64,000 nt of DNA from a virus. Shown here piece after piece: positions 46,250-56,300 of the stretch. The number at the start of each line of letters is the position of its first letter. Position 1 is the first letter of the stretch. The stretch is taken from IMG/VR virus record IMGVR_UViG_3300008954_000002, positions 64,001 to 128,000 of that record, one strand, 5' to 3'. The notes under the pieces were generated by a model, which saw only the letters and a list, made by a program, of their open reading frames with translations, searched no databases and had not been told where the DNA came from. Made by a program: the position numbers and the translations under genes.

Positions 46250-47819
46250 ACTGAATTTCTACCTCATCATAAGTTTCTCTTACTATAATCTCATTCATAT
46301 CTACATCAGCAAAATAAATATCAGCCACAAGATCATACGACGCATATTGGCTACCCTTTACTACACAAAGCTCTCCATCATCAGAGAAGAAGATGCCGTC
46401 TGGGCTGCTAATCCCAGTAATTAAATCTTTAATAGCTGTAAGGTGGTCACAAAGAATACCAATATGGCTAACTGCACCACTTACTTTGAAAAGATCATGC
46501 TCACAATAAAAGTCCCATTGCCCTAGCTCGTCAAACGTAGAAGAAAAAGTAATATCATTCCATGAAGTCTCTGGCAGGCTGTCTAGCGCATTACCCTTCC
46601 ACTTGTAGACTCCGCTTGCCCAACTACCATCTGCCTGCAGATATGTAACAACACCTGAAGGCGAGCTACGCCTTATCTTGACCTCCTCTACCGGAGCCCT
46701 AAGAGCACGAAACCAAGTCCTTAAAGTTATGGCTTCTCCCAAGTAGGTTCTAGACTTAAGAGACACAATATCCATATAGGTTTCTTCAGTCTCCTCTGAG
46801 GCTGAGGGAGAAAACTCACCAGGTGAATGCTCATATACGTGGATAACACCACTATCGTCTACGACATATAGACGACCATCAGATGGAGAGACTGCTAAAT
46901 CAACAGCACTGTAGGCTGCAGCGTTAGCATCATACAAGCGTTGTGTTGTTATTGTTTGAAAGTTGAGATCATCATCAATACTTACAGCTCCGCCTCGACG
47001 GTAGCTGCGACCAGAAGTAAATCTCTGAGTAAAGGATTCCATTGCACTGTCACTATTAATGTTAACTAACTGTAGAAATAGCGGGCTTTCTATATCAGGC
47101 AACACTCCCGCTTTAAACTTATCTTTAATAAAACTAAAACCATGGCCATATGAATATATGTTTACATCCCCATTGAATCCGTCCCAATAAACTTCTGTAA
47201 GCTCACTAAAAACATTCTGTGTCCGATATGCTCCATCGTCACTGACTGAAATCACTTCAGTAATTTCTACTTGATTGGGATCAAAGCCTTGGAGAACAAT
47301 CCTAGAGTGTCCTCCAAAAAATGGCCTGTCATACCTATTGTAGTAGGTATTTGAGTTAACAACTTCTATCACAAGACGATCATAATTATCTATTGCTTTT
47401 ATAGTATTTGATGTACTATCGAATACCAACCAGTTAGCTATTGAGACATCTGCAATCTTTGACAACCTAGTTGGCACAGGGTAAAGAAAGTCGCTAGTAG
47501 TATCTACTCTCTCTAAAGTGTAAACAGTTGTGCCTGTTGTGCCAGTAACTGTTGGATAGTTAGATATAACAAGGCGGTCGCCTTTCACTTCTAGGGGAAA
47601 TTCATCTGCCTCTGTAAGTTCAATCCTGTTGAAATATCCACGCCCATGATCGTCCGTTAACAGAGACAAGAGATTACTCAGCTTGACCCTGTTGACTTGA
47701 TCAACTTCAAACAACTCGGCCCAAGATGAAAGTACTCTTTGGCCTGCCGAAGATGGATCTGCCCTAATCTTAGACCATGTCGGATATCTATTTGCAAATC
47801 GTTGTGTTAGATAAGGCAC
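46242..47819 (-). CDS. Baseplate-associated structural protein
   Basis: Directly downstream of baseplate J. Confidence 0.6.
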   Translation of the reverse strand: MPYLTQRFANRYPTWSKIRADPSSAGQRVLSSWAELFEVDQVNRVKLSNLLSLLTDDHGRGYFNRIELTEADEFPLEVKGDRLVISNYPTVTGTTGTTVYTLERVDTTSDFLYPVPTRLSKIADVSIANWLVFDSTSNTIKAIDNYDRLVIEVVNSNTYYNRYDRPFFGGHSRIVLQGFDPNQVEITEVISVSDDGAYRTQNVFSELTEVYWDGFNGDVNIYSYGHGFSFIKDKFKAGVLPDIESPLFLQLVNINSDSAMESFTQRFTSGRSYRRGGAVSIDDDLNFQTITTQRLYDANAAAYSAVDLAVSPSDGRLYVVDDSGVIHVYEHSPGEFSPSASEETEETYMDIVSLKSRTYLGEAITLRTWFRALRAPVEEVKIRRSSPSGVVTYLQADGSWASGVYKWKGNALDSLPETSWNDITFSSTFDELGQWDFYCEHDLFKVSGAVSHIGILCDHLTAIKDLITGISSPDGIFFSDDGELCVVKGSQYASYDLVADIYFADVDMNEIIVRETYDEVEIQYG

Positions 47820-49048
47820 TAGACACGTTCCACAAAACTAATCTCAAGGGACCCTAATGAAGCATACTCATCATCTTCAAGGGTATATGTAGTTCCAAGA
47901 AGGAGACTCCGCTCTGAGGTAGTCCCCGAGATAACTTTCCTGACATATATAGCTTTGAAAATATTTGCTCCTGACCTCCTATCTAGAAGGCCAACAACAC
48001 TGGGAGCGTTTGCCAATATCATTTCTTTTAAAGCAGCAAAATCAACAAGATTGGTAACTGGACTTTGACGAGAAAGGAACTGACTTATTACTCGTCGGAC
48101 ATCTCTTTTAAGAGCAGTTCTGCTGGCAGCTGTAACAAGCCCCTTTGCCTGCACTTCTACCTCTATGTCAAAAGATACATCTATCCCTGGAATCGCTATC
48201 AGCTCCATACCTGGAACCTGTATAACATTGAGTCGCTCTTGAGTTCTCTTTGCAAGGTCTGTATTACTAATCCCCCCTGCACCGAACACTATCACTGCGC
48301 ATGTGCCAATGCCATAGTATCCAGGGATAGGCTTTGCTCTTAAGACTCCAGGCACAGTCATTGACCTTAAGCTAATATTGGCCACATTAGTAGTAGCAAG
48401 AGTTCCGAACATATTAGATATGCGAAACCTAAGACTATCATCTGTTTCTAGATTTCTACCGTTAACAATAGGATACCGATTAGTAACCCTTAAGGTCCCA
48501 TTGGAAACATCAGCATAAGATGTGAAGCTATGTGTAGTGAGCGCATGTGAAGCTATGTTATGTGTAGCACCCATAGTGGCAGCTCTTGCAGAGCAATATA
48601 CAAAGTTGGCACCTGCAGCACCTGTGTATTCTGCAGTGGTAATATATTTGATAACAGTATCATCTTGAGAGTTAGATACAGTTATCTCAGTTCCTTCTGG
48701 GATAACGATTGATGCACCATTGTTAATCGTGCCAAAAGTTGTATCTGTAAAGAACATTAAACTGCGCTCAGTCCAATCTACCTGTGCATAAGTGGGCGGT
48801 AATCTTGATACACCATACGTAGTTCCAAGACGTTCCAGCGCTTTCCCAATGGCTGACCCTACTTGTAGATCCGCCACGGTTCTTCTAAGAGAGTTCTGTG
48901 TTATATATATTTCAGATACAAGAGAATCAGTAAGCGATCTAACTGTTGAGTCATAACTCCAGTTGGTAATACCAGCTCGTCGCTCTAAGTTGGTTCTGAA
49001 CCCCTTAGTAAGTGTTGTTAAGTTTTTAACGTTCGGTACTTTAGCCAT
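47819..49048 (-). CDS. Baseplate J-like wedge protein
   Basis: SAIGKALERLG..GVSRL, IPEGT, NGRNLETDDSLRFR, VPGV. Confidence 0.85.
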   Translation of the reverse strand: MAKVPNVKNLTTLTKGFRTNLERRAGITNWSYDSTVRSLTDSLVSEIYITQNSLRRTVADLQVGSAIGKALERLGTTYGVSRLPPTYAQVDWTERSLMFFTDTTFGTINNGASIVIPEGTEITVSNSQDDTVIKYITTAEYTGAAGANFVYCSARAATMGATHNIASHALTTHSFTSYADVSNGTLRVTNRYPIVNGRNLETDDSLRFRISNMFGTLATTNVANISLRSMTVPGVLRAKPIPGYYGIGTCAVIVFGAGGISNTDLAKRTQERLNVIQVPGMELIAIPGIDVSFDIEVEVQAKGLVTAASRTALKRDVRRVISQFLSRQSPVTNLVDFAALKEMILANAPSVVGLLDRRSGANIFKAIYVRKVISGTTSERSLLLGTTYTLEDDEYASLGSLEISFVERV

Positions 49049-49476
49049 TAAACCACCCTAGGGACAAGCTTATTATCTCTTAAATCATAGCTGAATTGTA
49101 TGACAAGTGGAGCTTCCCTCGAAAAGGGAACATTAATTGTAAGCAATATTAGCAGTTCAGTATTAGATAATGGAAGTATAGTCACTTTTAAGTGTCGTGC
49201 ATCTATTACTCCTTCCCGAGTAAGCGCAGTTTTTAGCTGGGCTTCAACTATAGATGCAGTCTCTCTTGTGTTAGGCATACCTGCAAAAGTTGATAGTGAT
49301 GCGCCCAACTGCTTATGTAGTGGCCAATCTCCTTCAGTAGACTGTAGTATTTTAAGAACAGTCTGTCGTAGCAGTCTCCTGTCATCATTAGATACTGCTT
49401 TCAGATCTCCCTTGTCTGCGTCTATTCGAATATCGCCGTTGTTGCTAAACCAAAGATCAGTCTTATGTGTGGGCAT
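49048..49476 (-). CDS. gp25/W-like baseplate protein
   Basis: GDL...Q..L.STEGDW..H..LGASL; upstream of J. Confidence 0.75.
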   Translation of the reverse strand: MPTHKTDLWFSNNGDIRIDADKGDLKAVSNDDRRLLRQTVLKILQSTEGDWPLHKQLGASLSTFAGMPNTRETASIVEAQLKTALTREGVIDARHLKVTILPLSNTELLILLTINVPFSREAPLVIQFSYDLRDNKLVPRVV

Positions 49477-49480
49477 GTTG

Positions 49481-49816
49481 CTATCCTACCAAGGCAGTAA
49501 GGGCCATGGCAGCTTTAGCCAAGGTTGGCAAGTTTTCAAACATAGCTACATTGGGAAGCTGTCTTGGAGGAGCATAAAAAGAAGCTAACATGCTCATGGG
49601 CCAAGGCGTATCTCTTACAAAGGAGACATATGCTGGACTCAATGTCCCAAGGGTAACATTGGAAGGTGTACCCCCGTAGAGAGAGATACCCTTACCAGTC
49701 ACTTGCAGAAATGCACTATTAGAGGCAGCGACAACTACCTCTTTTTCTCGCAAAGCAAGAAAAGTACTTGAATCATCCCAAGGATCTAGCTGCCATATCT
49801 TTTGTTTAGTACCCAT
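49481..49816 (-). CDS. Putative baseplate spike-related protein
   Basis: Lies between hub and gp25; short beta strands; start at 49816 or 49840. Confidence 0.5.
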   Translation of the reverse strand: MGTKQKIWQLDPWDDSSTFLALREKEVVVAASNSAFLQVTGKGISLYGGTPSNVTLGTLSPAYVSFVRDTPWPMSMLASFYAPPRQLPNVAMFENLPTLAKAAMALTALVG

Positions 49817-49818
49817 GC

Positions 49819-50322
49819 TTATTCTTCCTTTTTGTTCCATGATTCATTGGCAATAGCTGCCGCATTTGTAGGCATGTTGCCTACTAGTCCATCCATACTA
49901 TACATTGCAGTAACTAAATCTGAACTCTTTACAGCTGCTCCTCCGGGAGTAGAAAACGAATCACGTATTCTTGCTACTGCAGAATGTTCTAGATTTGACA
50001 TATGATCTCCATGAGCAACAACAGTGCAAAACTTACCTATCAGGTTAGCTGGATTGCCATGAGTCATATTAAGTTCAGCTACAGAAGACTCAGAACGTAC
50101 TACTGCCTCTTGGCCGCTAGGCAGTCTGACTCTTAGCCATACGCCAGTCACTTGCCTACCGTCTTCCGGCTCTTCTGTGTCTTCGTCAGCAGGACCACGA
50201 ACTGCAAGTATCTCACATGGCTCTATATGTTTAAGACCGGGCCTATGAGTACTGATAGGCTCTGTTTGCTTGAGTATGGTTTCTTGCAGCCTTGTAGCAA
50301 ACCTACCTTTACGCTCTCTCAT
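49819..50322 (-). CDS. Putative spike OB-fold-like protein
   Basis: Follows the hub gene; beta-rich core. Confidence 0.5.
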   Translation of the reverse strand: MRERKGRFATRLQETILKQTEPISTHRPGLKHIEPCEILAVRGPADEDTEEPEDGRQVTGVWLRVRLPSGQEAVVRSESSVAELNMTHGNPANLIGKFCTVVAHGDHMSNLEHSAVARIRDSFSTPGGAAVKSSDLVTAMYSMDGLVGNMPTNAAAIANESWNKKEE

Positions 50323-50332
50323 TCTCTTCTCC

Positions 50333-53300
50333 TTACTCTGGTATTCCCGTCATTCGATTGGCTCTTAGTCCAGTCCAAGGCGTCCGCCATATTGCATCTT
50401 TCCAAGCGGTCCATTCTCTTGTCACGTCATCGATACCCCACATAGTATCATCTATTATATTGGTTACATCTCCAAAGATATTGCGCCAAATAGCCATTGG
50501 GTCACCTTGTTGTAGGCCAGACACAATTGGTCTACCACCCTTTGTCAAAGGAACAACAGCTACTGTCTCTTCTTGAAGACACTTAGCGAAAAGAATAGGA
50601 CCTGCAACAAGCCAGCTAGCGCCTAGGTTATTAAAGACATTATCCAGCTTGTTCCATGCCCAAGTGCCTCCCTTTGCAGTTCCCCCAATCCCTATTGCTT
50701 TAGCAATGCGTGAGCTCCAGATACCGTTAGCAGCTGAGATACCTACCTTTCCAAGCGCTGCACTTGCAAGCCCTCTAGTCCCAAAAGCTAAACCCGTAGT
50801 TACTCCACCGACAAGCAATGCTGCTGTAAGACTTGCCATGTTGTGGCCTGGCAGTCTACCTTCTGTAAAACCACCTGTTATATCTGGATCGTCTGGAAGC
50901 ATTTCGCTCATAAACTCTTCGAAATCAAATCCCTCTTGAAAGATGCCTCCATACTTCTTAGCTAAGCGCGCCTTGTAGTCGGGATCGGTAACTGCCGACT
51001 CCCACCAGTGACTACTCCCACCCCCATCTCTAGGAATACCATCAGGGCCTACAGTGCCTGTGCCTTGCTCTTTGTCTCTAACGGCCATACAGTATAGCTT
51101 TAGTCCTTCTAGAACAGGCCAAGTAGAAATTTCATTAGCAAAGACTACTGCGTTAGGCTTTATCTCAGTTAAGAAACCTGTTTCATATGAAAACATATGT
51201 ACTACTTGCTCTACCTCAATAGGGCCAAACATATCATTATAGTCATCTAGTAGATAGCAGATATCCCAAGGCTTGATCCTAGGGTTGCCTAGCACTAGCA
51301 ACTCACCACGGTACATCTTTTTAAGACCATACATGAGCGAGCTCATACCATATCGCATTGCGGCTTTCTTCCCAATGACATTCGAGAAAGATACTGGCAG
51401 TACGTTTAGGTCTGGCTCTTTAATAAAAGAGCTTGCCTTCATAGGAAGTGTTTTGCTAACTAACCGATCTCTATCATGATACAAAACAGAGACTGCGTTA
51501 ACAACATTGTGCTCTGAACCCATGATGTTGTTGGATACAATATCTGTTTCAGATCTAAGCATATGGTAACGCCTAAAGGGTACAAATCTATTTTCAAGAC
51601 CTTTAAGATACTCTTCCATTACCTCATTAGTAAAGCGTAAGTTTAGATGGTCAAGAGAAGCACTTGCAGCGTATGACTCTGGCTTCTTTACATAAGATTG
51701 GAAATTCCCATCTACATCTGATATATCTTCAATATTATTAGGGTTGAAAGGATTAAAAGATTCGCCTAACTCGACATAAGATTCTGGCAAACTGCTACTA
51801 GAATCAATTCTTTCTTTAATCTCAAAGGAAAAAGCATCTTCTATTTTCTTCAAAGCAACTGCACCATAAAGCTTTTCGTAGATATCTCTATTAATGTTGC
51901 CATCTTCTAAATGCTCTCTAAGAGTGTTCATCCTATCTACAAAGTTATTAGTTGCGGGCTTAGACCAATACCTTTGACCTGGAACACCAAAGAACATTGT
52001 ATACCTAAGAGATGTACCATAAGGTCTTGGTCCATATATCCAGCCAGGATGCCTTAGAGACATCTCATGGAATAAATCCCATATAGTAGAGTTCTGTACT
52101 TGGTAAAGGCATTCACTTGGCAGCAATTGTTTGTTAGTTTGCCATTTGTCAGGTTGAGTCCATGCATCGTACCATTCACCTACCTTATCGGCTGTACCTG
52201 GGACACCCATAAGAGCTCCTGCAAAGCCTCCAGCGACCACAGCACCAAGGCGTTTTATAGTACTCCACTCCCAAAACTCAAACTCTAGGGTCATGTAATC
52301 CTTAGGATTGGGAGGGTAAAGGTTATCGTCTTGAGGGCTTAAGAAGAGCGATGCTTTCTTTCTAGTGTAATTGCGTTTGACTTCGCCAATCGTAATATCA
52401 TAACCCCAACCTAGTACATCAGCTGCAGCCTGCAACCCAATACTTGCTGCAGTCGCAGCTAGAAAAGCTCGACTATTAATAGCAAGTACTCTTCCAAAGA
52501 TATTAAAGCCACTGCCAGCGATCTGCTGTGCCCCTTGGAAAAAGGTAAGCCCACCAAGATTTGCACCTGAATATCCGAGCACTAGACCTCTGACTCGTGA
52601 TGTCTCACTTTTGGCAAGGGTAGTAAATGCTGTTTCTATTTCTGCAAACACTGCTGTCTTTTCAGCCTTCGTGGTAGTTCCAGCAAGTTTTGTAAGCAAT
52701 GGTCTCAGCCCTGCCTTCCTAATGCTCTCAGAAGAAACACCCCCACTATGGAGAAACTTATTCACTACGCTGCCCCTGCTACCGCCCTTGGCCATGCCTA
52801 TAGCCGCACCTATTCTTTGGTTGATACCTTTAGCTGTGACAGCTAGATTCTTGCCAGCAAATCCTCCCCATGTTGAGCCTCCTCCTATCTTTGCAGCTGC
52901 TCCACCCATTAGTCTGCTTACTATCCCTTTAGATGCGCCTGCAGCCGCGCCTGCTCTGCCCATAGGAGTTATAGAAAGCGCTGCAATACCAATTGCTATG
53001 CCTGTAGATATAACTGGATGAGTCTTCATAAACTTCATCATTTTTCCTGTGAAGCTAAACCAACCCCAGAAATCTTTTTCTGAATAGTCTACAAAATCCA
53101 GCCTAGCGTCTTTAGACTCTCCGTACTGAAAGAGTTGTCCTATTTTCCATCTACCAAAATGAAGGACTTCTGGCTGCAACATCATAGAGCTTAAAAGCTT
53201 ATGAGTGGTTTCGAATACTAGTGCTTCATCATTCTCGCCATAGCGACCATCATTTCTGCCTTTGATATCAGCTGTTAGCTCGACTCCAAAAGATTGTACA

Positions 53301-56300
53301 GTCAGCTCGCATAGATCACCCTGACTGTTCCACATGACATCCACTACTCTGCCAGAGATAAGCACTTCTAACATATTAGGATCATTAGAATATCCAGCCC
53401 TAAGTTGAATATTCATTCCAGGGCGCATTACTACGGCAGAGAATGGTTGGTGTCTACCGTCCTCTACCTCGGGAACATTGTTATGCGCTTGAGTGCTGTC
53501 GTTTAACTCCTTTATCTTTGCAGCTCTTTCTCTATCAAAGTAATCTAAATCGACAACGGCTTCTCTTTTAGTGCCGTCTAGAGAGCCAGATACATTTTGC
53601 AAAACAATAGTTGCTGTATCAGCTGCACTTTCTCTACTCTGAACAACAGTAAATTCTTTTACTCCATTATAAGTATAGAAATCATCAAAATTAAGAAGCC
53701 TGCTATTGAGCTCATCTTCCTCAATAAGCATTAATTTAAAGGTTGGGTATGCACGCCTTAGGGTAAGCTTCTCAGAGATGATGTCATGAGCAGAATCATT
53801 AGTAAGGTTTTTGAGCGATTCAGGATCAAAGGCATGTGTATACGTATCCATCGCGGCAAGTCTAGTATCTTCAACAGAGTCTACTGTATTAGTAGCTGTC
53901 TCATCAGTGAGATACTCTCCTAAGTAACCAGCTTTAGAGCCAAACATCGCCTCACTTTTAGCAACTTTCTGAACAAGATCCCGATATACATTTGCATCTA
54001 CTCTCGCTTGATCACTGCCAAGGATTCCATCTGTAAGCGAAAGGTAGGGAATAAGTGGCTTAAGTCCGCCCTCAGTCGATATTGTCTTAAGCCTTGCCAG
54101 AACTGTCTTTGCATTATCTCTTGCCTTCTCCTGCTCTTTGGTACCTCTAGGCATATTCTTAATTTGCTCTGATAGCTTTTTGATCTGTTTCTCTACATTG
54201 GCAGATCGCTGTACGAAGCTGTCTGGATCCCAAAAAGCAACCTCCATAGGGTTGAGCTCTGCCTCTTTCAGGTAATCCCACCTGCCCCCTATCTTGGTAA
54301 GAGAATCTACATCATCAGTTCCGGTTGGATGATGAACTAGTGCAGACATAATAGGCGATTGAGCAGTAGCTCCCGTAGTGAGCCCCTTGTCATCTTTGCT
54401 GCGTATGCCTGAACCCTGCATCTTCTTGAGATGGTCATAAGAGCCGTTTATCTGTGCAGCTAAATTGTCTTGTAAGTCTTCTACAATTGCTGCGCTTACT
54501 GCACCTGGAGCATCTTCGTAAATGCTCCACATATAAAAGTCTGGATTAGTAGCATGTAGACGATCTGGATAGTAAGGGTGAGCAGGCAAATCCATATCTG
54601 GGTAACATTGAATACCAGACCAATTTGCAACGCCACCACTAAGATCAGTTGTAGCCAACTCTTCTAGCCCAAACAGTGATAGCAAAGGCATGTTGCTTAG
54701 CAATCTATCTGCTAGATCAACCAATCCAGAGCGTATCTTTTTAATCTTGTTTTCTTCATACTGGATTGAGGTCTTTATAGGGGGCAATGTAGTCCGCTGA
54801 TAAGTATAGTTGCCTTGCTCAACGCTACCTTCAGATTGTAGATAACGTGGCGGTAACGACCACCATGCAAGGGCTGCTAAGTGCCCTTTAAAGCCTAAAA
54901 AGCTAGTATCTTCAACACTCTCTATGAACTTTTTAAAGGGAGCCAGTATAGTATCTGAAGCACTCATTAGAATCTGATCATGCAGCGGCATGATGTCATT
55001 AATATATAGTTGGACTACAGTCTCAACATCAGCCTCTGCTTCCTTTCTATTGTTATCTATTGTGGTTGTTCCTTCTCCTGCCCAAAAGGGAACATCAGTG
55101 CTACCGTCACTGTCTATAGAGCCAATAAAATGGTCAAACATAGTGGGCTTATCATTTCTTCTCAAGATCTGCTGCCACTGGCTGCCGTCTCCTCTTCTGC
55201 TCTCCATAGGCGTAAGGAAGTTGACTGCACTATCTACAGCCAATGCTGTGTTATCGATAGCGCCAAAAGCTATGCGTTTGATACCCCTCCATGGGCCACT
55301 CATTACAACAGAAGTGGTGTGTTTAATGCCTACATATCCAAACCCAAGGCCATCATCAAGTCGTGCCTTGAACTCTGCCTGTGTGCTCCACGGGTTGACT
55401 CCTAAAGATTTTATCTCAGCAGGAGCATAAGCGCCAAGGTTCTTGCTTAGCCAAGCGCCAACACTGTCAGCTTTTAACCAATCGCCATATCTCCACTTAA
55501 CATAAGCATACATCCAGTAGCCAAAACGCTGCCACATCTCTTGCTCTAGATTAGGAAGATTGTATAGCTGTTCTTTAAAGTGTTCTTCAGTAACTGCTCC
55601 TGGAACATTAGGTTCTGATACAAGACAGTTAGCTTCCTGAATAAGTCCAAGTAAGAAAGCGTGGTAGTGTCTGACAATTTCTATATCTACATCTTGTAGT
55701 CTTGGGTTTGCATAATGAAATTGAGTTACATCTACAAAGGAGGCGTCAACAAGAGTCGCTTTAATAGCTCTACTCTCAATATCTTTAATAATTCGTGCAG
55801 ATTCTGCCATGCTGTGCGCTTGATCTATGCCTCCAAGTGAAAGAGCAGCTCTAGGAGTCCCAAGCGGATCAACAGGATCAATATAGCCTGCAGCTTCTAG
55901 CTGAGCAGTAGTCAACTCAATATCACTAGTTAAGTCACCCCCTGTCCTATCCAAGTAGTCTGCCATAATGCTTTTGTTAATTACATACGCATCTTGTTCC
56001 GTATCCTGAATTAACTCTCGTATCCCAGCATCAGAATTCCCAACATCATATAGATCGGCACCCCTACCTGGCACTTGGTACTGCTTAGCTCTTTCAAAAG
56101 CCTCATCACCGAAACTAGTTCTTATTTCTTTCTCTGTCATCATGAAGCTATCGCTACCATCTGCTCTTATAAATGGAGCAGCACCTACAGCTTCAAACAT
56201 GTTGACTTGTTTTAAAGCAGTCTCACCAAAGAGCTGAGAGTAGAACTTGTCTTGACCAGTTACAGATATGTCTTGGTCAAAGACAGCCACTCTTGACGCA